Position numbers and translations under genes: made by a program | Assembly: GCF_044324875.1 (NCBI RefSeq) | Contig: NZ_CP172185.1 | Strand: one strand, 5' to 3' | Source of the DNA: Escherichia coli | GTDB lineage: Bacteria; Pseudomonadota; Gammaproteobacteria; Enterobacterales; Enterobacteriaceae | Length of the DNA stretch: 64,000 nucleotides | Shown here: positions 9,970 through 16,710 of the stretch, in pieces | How the letters are laid out: each line of letters opens with the position of its first letter | Numbering within the stretch: position 1 is the stretch's first letter | The notes under the pieces: model-generated | Seen by the model: the letters and a program-made list of their open reading frames with translations, nothing else | Told to the model about the DNA's origin: nothing | The model's database searches: none

Positions 9970-10103
9970 GTGGTCACCTATTAAATTAGCCTTTCTATTG
10001 TTAGGTGGTCACCTTAACACGGGGACACTTAAAAAAGCAAAGCCCGAAGGCGCTAGGAACACCAACGGGCTTCTAACCACAAACCGTTATGAGAGGTAGT
10101 TTT

Positions 10104-10301
10104 ATGGCTGTAAGACAGCATACCCCACGACTAGCGCACACACAAACCGCCTTTGTGTGGCGTTTTCTGGCACTGAGTGCCGGAGAATCTCAAATCATCC
10201 ACGTAACCGCCTGGACGGAACGCGAAGCGCGTAGCCGTTGCCCGTCCGGTTGTGTTGCTGTATTCGCCGCCCGTATTCGTCAGGGGGTGTACCATGATTA
10301 A
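10104..10301 (+). CDS. Icd-like (host cell division inhibitor-like) small protein of P4-like elements
   Basis: The segment VTAWTEREARSRCPSGCVAVFAARI resembles the conserved core of Icd-like proteins annotated in P4-type islands, as I remember it. ATG 10104 follows GAGAGG. The longest ORF starts at 10089. Confidence 0.4.
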   Translation: MAVRQHTPRLAHTQTAFVWRFLALSAGESQIIHVTAWTEREARSRCPSGCVAVFAARIRQGVYHD

Positions 10302-10662
10302 CCTGTCACTTACCGATCTTAACCGCGTTCAGTTTCGTGAGAAATTTACCGGACAGCTACTCGTCAATGTGGAGAACGGGCGCATAGTGCGTAATTATCA
10401 CCTGCCGGATGGTGCAATTGCCGGAAGCGTTGAAGCATTGCTGGAACTGGCGGAACGTGCGCGACTGATTAAGCCGTCAACGAGCCATCACGATGATGAT
10501 CTGCATTTTACCGGATGTATGGTGAGTCACTACGAAAACGGCGTCGAGGTATCCTGCGAACGGCTGCGTGATGATTGCTGTTTCGGCACACTGCCGGAAT
10601 TTATCGAATTGCTGACCAGTTGCGGATATCAGGTTATTCAGGGGGTGCGCCATGTGCAATAA
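10291..10662 (+). CDS. hypothetical protein
   Basis: The ATG overlaps the upstream stop region (translational coupling). It is part of a tightly packed same-strand operon. No family was recognised. Confidence 0.5.
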   Translation, partial: TMINLSLTDLNRVQFREKFTGQLLVNVENGRIVRNYHLPDGAIAGSVEALLELAERARLIKPSTSHHDDDLHFTGCMVSHYENGVEVSCERLRDDCCFGTLPEFIELLTSCGYQVIQGVRHVQ

Positions 10663-11107
10663 CATCCGTCCGGACGCAGCAGGCGAAGCCATCATAACGC
10701 TAATGCACGCGCTGATTGATATTTCATGCACGGCAGCAACCGCAGAAAAACACATTACCAGAGAGCCGGAATATACAGGGGCAATAATCCCGCATTCGCT
10801 GGCCTACGCACAGCTAACCGCTGATATGGCGCTGAATGAGGCTAAAGCCATCCTGATTGCTGATTGTGAAAATGGGGGGGGGGTTATGCGTGATGATCGT
10901 TTTAATTCCCTGAAACAGGAATTTTCCGGCGTTCCTGATAATGCGGCTGATGCGCTTTCGTCAATATCTGAAATTATGCGGGTGGCTTTTTTCTTTCTTT
11001 GCACTGATGAGCACAGGGATACAGGGCTAAATATTCTTGATATCGCCGCTAATTATGCTGATTTCGTAACGGAAACTGTTTTAAGAAAAACGACGGACGG
11101 GGATTAA
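10652..11107 (+). CDS. hypothetical protein
   Basis: 151 aa. It overlaps the upstream gene by 11 nt. No family was recognised. Confidence 0.5.
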   Translation: MCNNIRPDAAGEAIITLMHALIDISCTAATAEKHITREPEYTGAIIPHSLAYAQLTADMALNEAKAILIADCENGGGVMRDDRFNSLKQEFSGVPDNAADALSSISEIMRVAFFFLCTDEHRDTGLNILDIAANYADFVTETVLRKTTDGD

Positions 11108-11108
11108 T

Positions 11109-11342
11109 ATGCGTGATATTTACCACGAAACAATAGACCGCGCATTTCTTGCACTTTCTCACAGTGAAAATATGTTGGAAATATTGCGCATATGTCTTGA
11201 AACGCTTGGAGATAATGAACGTGATAAACAGAAATCAATGATTGTCACGGCATTAATAACGCTTCTTGAGCCTGTAATAAATGAGTTGCAGGAAATAGAG
11301 ACATTACACGACCAGTATAAAGCGCCCCACACCGGAGAATAA
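11109..11342 (+). CDS. hypothetical protein (helical, acidic)
   Basis: 77 aa. It starts 1 nt after the preceding stop. No family was recognised. Confidence 0.45.
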   Translation: MRDIYHETIDRAFLALSHSENMLEILRICLETLGDNERDKQKSMIVTALITLLEPVINELQEIETLHDQYKAPHTGE

Positions 11343-11347
11343 AAAAC

Positions 11348-11635
11348 ATGAAAAATAAAAATTCTGGCGTTAATGCCAGCGGCCCCGCTCGTCCTGAAAT
11401 CCGTCCCGGCGATATTTTCCGTGATAACTACGGCGGCACGGTAATGATTAAGGGCGTGGAAGAACGGCGCGTAACCTACCGCCGTGATGGCTACGAATAT
11501 GACTGCGTTATGCCTGTTTATCAGTTCCGGCGTGATTTCACGCTGGTGGGCCATCGTAAAGCCGTTAATCAGAAACGTGCTGCAAGTTATATCCGCAAAA
11601 TCCGTGAAATGCTGGTCGCAGGGGGTAAGAAATGA
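11348..11635 (+). CDS. hypothetical protein, possibly DUF4222-like
   Basis: 95 aa. The pattern RPGDIFRDNYGGTVMIKGVEERRVTYRRDGYEYDCVMPVYQFRRDF resembles the small DUF4222 proteins of lambdoid phages; this is a low-certainty recollection. Its stop overlaps the rep start. Confidence 0.4.
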   Translation: MKNKNSGVNASGPARPEIRPGDIFRDNYGGTVMIKGVEERRVTYRRDGYEYDCVMPVYQFRRDFTLVGHRKAVNQKRAASYIRKIREMLVAGGKK

Positions 11636-13038
11636 AACTTGCACCGAACGTAAAACTGTTACCGAAAGATAAACACACTGAGGCGGTTATTTTTGCGGGT
11701 GATAATGCTCACTCCTTTGCAGAACATTACATGATTGCACAGGCCAAAAAAGCAGGCGATCCCATCCCTCCGGTTTACCTGGGCCGTTATCAGTTAAGCG
11801 AACTGGACAACTTACAGATTGTTGATGAAGGACGATACAGGGCAAAGGTCATACGCGCCGGAAACCTGGACGATATGCAGATGCTGACCATTGCCACAAA
11901 ACTGGCGATCGCCGGAGTCCAGGAGGCGCGCCTACTTTCTGAAAATTTCGAACTGCTGGAGGACTGGAGCGACCAGCTACCACGACTACGGGAAACATGG
12001 GAGAGAGGGGAAAGCCTGGTCATGAATGGCGGAAAGCGAAAAATCACACTTCCCATCTCATGGGGTTCTGAGGGATTCGATGCGCAGCAAAGCTACGTCA
12101 TTAAGGGGCTTATTCCGGCTGAGTCATTATGCAGCACCTACGGGGCCAGCGGTTCTTATAAATCGTTCCTCGCCATTTCCTGGTCGTGCCATGTTGCCAC
12201 AGGTATGGCATGGGGAGGCCGCAGGGTAAGTAAGGGTGCGGTTATCTATATCGCTGGCGAAGGCAGCATGGGCGTAAAACGCCGCGTTAAGGCGTGGGAG
12301 ATAACCCACGACAAGGTGGTTACAGATTTGTGCATCATTAACGCGCCTGTTTTCCCTGCATCGCCTGACTATGTGGAGCAGGTTATCAGGACTGCCGGAC
12401 TTGTTAAGAGCAGAACGGGCGAAAATGTGCGGCTGATTGTGATCGACACGCTGGCCCGTTGCTTTGGTGGGAATGATGAAAATGATTCCCGTGATATGGG
12501 CGCATTTATCCAGGGGTGTGACGCGATAAAGCAGGCCACAGGGGCCACGGTGCTGGTGGTTCACCATTCCGGCAAGGATGAAACAAAGGGGGCGCGTGGT
12601 TCCAGTGCATTCCGTGCCGCGCTTGATGCAGAGTACCGAATCAGCCGCGAAAATTCAGACGTTACAGCACTGGTCGCAGCATGTACGAAGATGAAGGACG
12701 CAGAGGAGCCAAAAGAGAGCGCATACGACCTTAAAAGCGTGGAGGTGTTCACCGATACAGATGGCGAAGAAATTGTGTCCATGGTGGTGATTGACGTTCC
12801 CCGCGCCCCTGCTGAACTGGAGCGCATCGAGGAGGCAGGCAACAAGACGGAAAACCATACCGCGCTATGGGGGTGCATCCGTTCACGCACACAGAACGGC
12901 GACAAGTGCACGATCCCGCTGTTACGTGATGACATGAAACGGCTTGGGTATGACGTGAAAAATATGCGGCGATGGTTAGCCAAACTGGAAAAAGACGCCG
13001 TGATTTACATTGATGGTGATGATGTAGGACCACTGTAA
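11632..13038 (+). CDS. RepA-like (AAA_25/RecA-fold) replication ATPase/helicase
   Basis: 468 aa with a Walker A-like GASGSYKS, Walker B LIVIDTLARC and VLVVHHSGKDETKGARGSSAF, typical of RepA/DnaB-like helicases. An iteron array follows immediately. Confidence 0.7.
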   Translation: MKLAPNVKLLPKDKHTEAVIFAGDNAHSFAEHYMIAQAKKAGDPIPPVYLGRYQLSELDNLQIVDEGRYRAKVIRAGNLDDMQMLTIATKLAIAGVQEARLLSENFELLEDWSDQLPRLRETWERGESLVMNGGKRKITLPISWGSEGFDAQQSYVIKGLIPAESLCSTYGASGSYKSFLAISWSCHVATGMAWGGRRVSKGAVIYIAGEGSMGVKRRVKAWEITHDKVVTDLCIINAPVFPASPDYVEQVIRTAGLVKSRTGENVRLIVIDTLARCFGGNDENDSRDMGAFIQGCDAIKQATGATVLVVHHSGKDETKGARGSSAFRAALDAEYRISRENSDVTALVAACTKMKDAEEPKESAYDLKSVEVFTDTDGEEIVSMVVIDVPRAPAELERIEEAGNKTENHTALWGCIRSRTQNGDKCTIPLLRDDMKRLGYDVKNMRRWLAKLEKDAVIYIDGDDVGPL

Positions 13039-13237
13039 AAAGTGAGTAGTAAAAGTGAGTAATGGTGAGGTTTTTACAAAATATTAACACAATTACTCAC
13101 TTTCTCACCTGTATACATGCTCAAAAGTGAGCAGTGAAAAAACACTTATGAAACATGCACATATAAAACACAAAAATCTCAAGTGAGACGAAGTGAGACG
13201 CTTTAAAAAGTGAGTAGTAAAAGTGAGAGATGGTGAG
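13037..13237. repeat. iteron-type replication origin candidate (AGTGAG repeats flanking an AT-rich core)
   Basis: A 33-nt repeat AAAAAGTGAGTAGTAAAAGTGAG(TA/AG)ATGGTGAG occurs at 13037-13069 and 13205-13237. An inverted CTCACTTTCTCACC lies at 13096-13109, AAGTGAGCAGTGA near 13125, and a tandem AAGTGAGACG x2 at 13181-13200. Confidence 0.65.
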
Positions 13238-13239
13238 CA

Positions 13240-13608
13240 ATGAATAAAAACCGAACAGCAGGACAAAATACCGAAGGTAAATTTATGAACACTGAAATTG
13301 AAACACTGAGCATATCAACTGCCCTTCCTGGCTGGTGGGCTAAGTTCAAAGACGACGACGGCACGGAATGGTATAGCCCAATTGCTGCATGGGCGCTTTG
13401 TGATATCCACCATTTCGGCACCGGAGATACTTACCGCGAAATCTTACCCGTGCTGACCAGTGAGCTGGGCATGAGTCCGCATAGTCCTGATGAGGGAATG
13501 TGCGAGTGCCTTTATCTGCCGGATAAGAAGTTTGTTCACTGTGGTGAATCGATGGTATTTGCCTGGTATCCGGTTAACGACAGCAGCAATAGCGGTACTC
13601 TGGAGTAA
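13240..13608 (+). CDS. hypothetical protein
   Basis: 122 aa (alternative start at 13285). Same-strand operon context. No family was recognised. Confidence 0.45.
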   Translation: MNKNRTAGQNTEGKFMNTEIETLSISTALPGWWAKFKDDDGTEWYSPIAAWALCDIHHFGTGDTYREILPVLTSELGMSPHSPDEGMCECLYLPDKKFVHCGESMVFAWYPVNDSSNSGTLE

Positions 13609-13611
13609 ATC

Positions 13612-13854
13612 ATGAAGGTAAACCACAAAAAGACAGATCACCGCGCCATTGACCTTACAGAGCACTGGCTGAGGGTGGCGATAAAAATCATCGACCGCAA
13701 CACGGGGGAAGGATACGCGAAAGCACATCCCGAACTGATAAGTGCATTCATGACCACAGCGGCGGCAAACTTTGCCACGCTGACAGAGCGGGATATTGCC
13801 GAAGCAGAACAGGTAACAACCATCAACGTTAAAACCAGTGAGGTGGAATCATGA
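13612..13854 (+). CDS. hypothetical protein
   Basis: 80 aa. It overlaps the ssb start by 4 nt (ATGA). Confidence 0.45.
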   Translation: MKVNHKKTDHRAIDLTEHWLRVAIKIIDRNTGEGYAKAHPELISAFMTTAAANFATLTERDIAEAEQVTTINVKTSEVES

Positions 13855-14261
13855 CAGCACAGATAGCGGCTTACGGGCGGCTGGTGGACGACCCGCAGGT
13901 AAAACAGACCAGTAAGGGTACACCGATGACGCTGGCGCGTATGGCGGTATCTTTACCATGCGGCCAGGCACAGGACGGACAGGCGACGTTATGGTTATCG
14001 GTCATCGCATTTGGCAAACAGGCCGACTTTCTGGCTAAACATCAAAAAGGCGACGTTGCCAGCGTATCCGGCACGATGCAGGTCAGCCAGTGGACCGGAC
14101 AGAACGGGGAAACGCGGCAGGGTTATCAGGTTATTGCAGACAGCGTAATCAGTGCCCGTGCGGCACGTCCTGGCGGGAACAGACGCAAAACCACAGGCAC
14201 ACAGGGTAATCAGCCACCAGCGGGAGGCGATGACCCTTACGGTGATGATATTCCGTTCTGA
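13851..14261 (+). CDS. ssb: single-stranded DNA-binding protein
   Basis: 136 aa with an OB-fold N-terminal region (AYGRLVDDPQ...TLWLSVIAFGKQA), a Gly/Pro/Gln-rich linker and the canonical acidic tip DDIPF. Confidence 0.85.
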   Translation: MTAQIAAYGRLVDDPQVKQTSKGTPMTLARMAVSLPCGQAQDGQATLWLSVIAFGKQADFLAKHQKGDVASVSGTMQVSQWTGQNGETRQGYQVIADSVISARAARPGGNRRKTTGTQGNQPPAGGDDPYGDDIPF

Positions 14262-14271
14262 GGGGGTGACG

Positions 14272-14544
14272 ATGGTACATGACCGCATAGCGGAGGAACT
14301 CGAGGCAAAAGGATTTTACCGGAGGGCGGCGGCGCGATGGGGTGAAGTTATGAGGCTGGTGAGCACTGACAAGGAGCGCGAACAGGTGGCAATGCGACGG
14401 CTGGAATGTTCCCTGAAGGCACAGAGGCCACCGGAGCCGCCGGATGATTTAGGCGCTCTGAAAAGGTCAGTTAATCGCACTGAAAAACAAATGGGGATAG
14501 CTGGTATTGGCAAAGCAATATGGCGCAACTACCCGCAGAAGTGA
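14272..14544 (+). CDS. PerC-family transcriptional activator-like protein
   Basis: MVHDRIAEELEAKGFYRRAAARWGEVM... matches the PerC/Pch signature (LE.KG.WRRAA.RW..V) as I remember it. The start is taken at ATG 14272 after GGGGGTGA. Confidence 0.55.
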   Translation: MVHDRIAEELEAKGFYRRAAARWGEVMRLVSTDKEREQVAMRRLECSLKAQRPPEPPDDLGALKRSVNRTEKQMGIAGIGKAIWRNYPQK

Positions 14545-14550
14545 GCACAC

Positions 14551-14573
14551 AGCCGGAGCAATCCGGCTTTTTT
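14551..14573 (+). terminator. intrinsic terminator ending the early/replication operon
   Basis: AGCCGGA-GCAA-TCCGGCT followed by TTTTT. Confidence 0.8.
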
Positions 14574-14584
14574 ACGCCTAAAAA

Positions 14585-14621
14585 AAGCCCGATAAGGTCA
14601 AAGGGGGCTTATCGGGCTTTT
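14585..14621 (+). terminator. second hairpin terminator
   Basis: 12-bp stem AAGCCCGATAAG / CTTATCGGGCTT followed by TT. Confidence 0.6.
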
Positions 14622-14784
14622 GTAGAGGAGGTTTTTTATGGTGCACTGGCACACATGATCGGGATAATCATTTCATAATTTGCAACATAACTCAATATTG
14701 TTGCGCAAAATGCAATCATGATTATAATCAGGACTGGATGAACATCCAGTTATGATTTTTTAAGTCAAAGAGGAATTTCTGACT

Positions 14785-14991
14785 ATGGCAGAAGAGAAAA
14801 AAGGCGGGGTGACGGTCTACATAAGCCCCGACATCGTGGAGGCGCTCAAGGAACGCCACCAGCAGAATGTAAAAGCAGGCATTGCGGCAGGACTTGATCC
14901 GCTGGCGATGGTTGAGCCGTCAACAGGCTGGCAGGTGCGTACCTATTTACGTGCGGCGCTGGGTATCAATCAGGTTCACGGAGGTGAATAA
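14785..14991 (+). CDS. hypothetical small protein, first gene of the capsid operon
   Basis: 68 aa. AGAGGA Shine-Dalgarno. Its TAA overlaps the capsid ATG (TAATG). Confidence 0.5.
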   Translation: MAEEKKGGVTVYISPDIVEALKERHQQNVKAGIAAGLDPLAMVEPSTGWQVRTYLRAALGINQVHGGE

Positions 14992-16046
14992 TGACAGGCA
15001 AAGCAAAGGCACTTACAACTAACCAGCTTTTCGCGTACCTGAATCGCGGGGATATTTCGGAATATAAATTTAGTCCGCTGTTTACCACGCTGTTTTTCCC
15101 GAACGTGGCGACCTTCAACACCCAAAACATCATGCTGGACACCCTGGACATTGAAGAGGTTACGATGTCAGCGTTCTGTTCTCCTATGGTGGGTAGTCAG
15201 GTCCAGCGCGATAAAGGGTACGAAACCAGCACGATTAAACCAGGCTACATGAAGCCAAAGCACGAAATCGATCCAACAAAGACCATCATGCGCATGGATG
15301 GAGAAGATCCGGCACAGCTTAACGATCCAACTTACCGCCGTATGCGCCTGATTACTGGCAACATGCGCCGCCAGATAAACGCCATTAAGGCGCGCGTGGA
15401 ATGGCTGGCGGTGAATGCGGTAACGACCGGAAAAAACATCATTGAGGGCGAAGGCATAGAACGCTATGAAATCGACTGGAAAATACCGGAAAACTGCATC
15501 ATACAGCAGGCCAGTGGTAAAAAATGGTCCCAGCAGGATAAAGACATGCACGACCCAATCTATGACATCGAGCTTTATGCTGATCAGGCAGGTTGCCCCG
15601 CCAACGTCATGATTATGGGCGGTGAGGTATGGCGCACATTACGCAGCTTTAAAAAATTCCGTGAACTGTACGATCTTTCCCGTGGATCAGAATCCGCCGC
15701 CGAGCTGGCCTGTAAAAACCTGGGCGAAGTGGTGAGCTTTAAAGGCTATCTTGGTGATCTGGCCCTTATCGTCTATTCCGGCAAATACACTGACAGCGAC
15801 GGGACCGAAAAATATTTCCTTGAGCCTGATTTGCTGGTCCTGGGTAACACCAACAATAAAGGGCTGGTGGCATATGGTGCGATTATGGATCAGGAAGCGG
15901 TAAGAACGGGCGCAACGCAAAACATGTACTACCCGAAAAACTGGATTGAGGACGGCGATCCGGCGATTGAGTACGTGCAGACGCACAGCGCACCGCAGCC
16001 TGTACCGGCAGATATTCGCAAATTTGTTACCGTCAAAATTGCTTAA
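14991..16046 (+). CDS. major capsid protein, lambda gpE family
   Basis: 351 aa. It aligns by eye along its length with lambda gpE: FSPLFTTLFFPN vs FDPLFLRLFFRE, KPGYMKPKHEIDP vs TPGYVKPKHEVNP, YPKNWIEDGDPA..SAPQP vs YPKNWVTTGDPA..SAPLM, and C-terminal FVTVKIA vs FVSVQLA. Confidence 0.9.
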   Translation: MTGKAKALTTNQLFAYLNRGDISEYKFSPLFTTLFFPNVATFNTQNIMLDTLDIEEVTMSAFCSPMVGSQVQRDKGYETSTIKPGYMKPKHEIDPTKTIMRMDGEDPAQLNDPTYRRMRLITGNMRRQINAIKARVEWLAVNAVTTGKNIIEGEGIERYEIDWKIPENCIIQQASGKKWSQQDKDMHDPIYDIELYADQAGCPANVMIMGGEVWRTLRSFKKFRELYDLSRGSESAAELACKNLGEVVSFKGYLGDLALIVYSGKYTDSDGTEKYFLEPDLLVLGNTNNKGLVAYGAIMDQEAVRTGATQNMYYPKNWIEDGDPAIEYVQTHSAPQPVPADIRKFVTVKIA

Positions 16047-16057
16047 CGGGGGATTCT

Positions 16058-16393
16058 ATGGACGCTCCATACATTGAGTTATTTTCAGGCAGCCAACAGG
16101 TATCCACGACGCTGGTACATTTTGCCGCTGATGCTGGCGTTATTCAGGAATTTACCCCGCTGATGCTGGCAGACAATGGCGAGTTTAAGCCGTGGGATGG
16201 TAAGGAATCTGGCAAGGCTGTTTATCTGACCTCGTACCCTGTGGACACGTCAAAGCAGAAATCAGCACAGTGTTACAAGACGGGGATATTCAATATTGCC
16301 GCCGTTAACTGGCCTGACAGCGTCGACACCGATGCGAAAAAATGCGCCGCCTTTGCGGGTTCCGGCGTATCCGTTCAGCCGCTGGCCCGATAA
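16058..16393 (+). CDS. head decoration protein, lambda gpD family
   Basis: 111 aa (gpD is about 110). TPLMLADNGEFKPWDG vs lambda TPLMLDTSSRKLVAWDG; YKTGIFN..VNWP...KKCAAFAGSGVSV vs YKSGTFR..VLWP...KKRTAFAGTAISI. Confidence 0.85.
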   Translation: MDAPYIELFSGSQQVSTTLVHFAADAGVIQEFTPLMLADNGEFKPWDGKESGKAVYLTSYPVDTSKQKSAQCYKTGIFNIAAVNWPDSVDTDAKKCAAFAGSGVSVQPLAR

Positions 16394-16467
16394 GCAGGGG
16401 GAACGATGGCACAAACCAGGGCGATGACGGCGACATCTATCGCATACTGAAAACCATCTGAGACAAG

Positions 16468-16490
16468 GCCGGAGAAATCCGGCTTTTTTT
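16468..16490 (+). terminator. intrinsic terminator after the capsid operon
   Basis: GCCGGA-GAAA-TCCGGC followed by TTTTTTT. It is the same hairpin family as the terminator at 14551. Confidence 0.8.
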
Positions 16491-16710
16491 GCGGGTCCTT
16501 TCCGGCATGTGGACCCGTTACGGGGCGTCGACCTCGCACGTTTTCGCTATTTATGAAAATTTTCCGGGAAAAAGCATGTCAGTTCTTCTTGTTATTAACA
16601 TATTGTTTTTAAAGAAATAACTATCAAGAAAGAAACGACATCATAATGATGAAAAATCTGTTTTTTTTGGCATTTCATGTCGTAACTGATTTTTGATAAG
16701 GAATTGCTGA
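16491..16710 (+). other. lambda-type cos region (cosQ-like 16493-16505, cosN cohesive-end 12-mer 16523-16534, cosB-like R/IHF region to about 16700)
   Basis: GCGGGTCCTTTCCGG...GTTACG|GGGCGTCGACCT|CGCACGTTTTCGCTATTTATGAAAATTTTCCGG compares with lambda ACGGGTCCTTTCCGG...GTTACG|GGGCGGCGACCT|CGCGGGTTTTCGCTATTTATGAAAATTTTCCGG (lambda recalled from memory). R2-like AAGAAAGAAACGACAT. It lies directly upstream of the Nu1 homologue, as in lambda. Confidence 0.8.

Noticed and set aside
9504-10099. ORFs 9504-9833 and 9755-10099 (+) in the island regulatory region
   Set aside because: They run through two hairpin terminators and across the minus-strand RHH gene, which has a recognisable fold pattern. 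No Shine-Dalgarno was seen and the composition is not protein-like.
11159-11644. 161-aa minus-strand ORF inside the island early operon, and minus-strand ORFs 12127-13090 inside rep
   Set aside because: They are opposite a run of translationally coupled plus-strand genes and the Walker-motif-bearing Rep ORF. They have no start context and an unusual composition.
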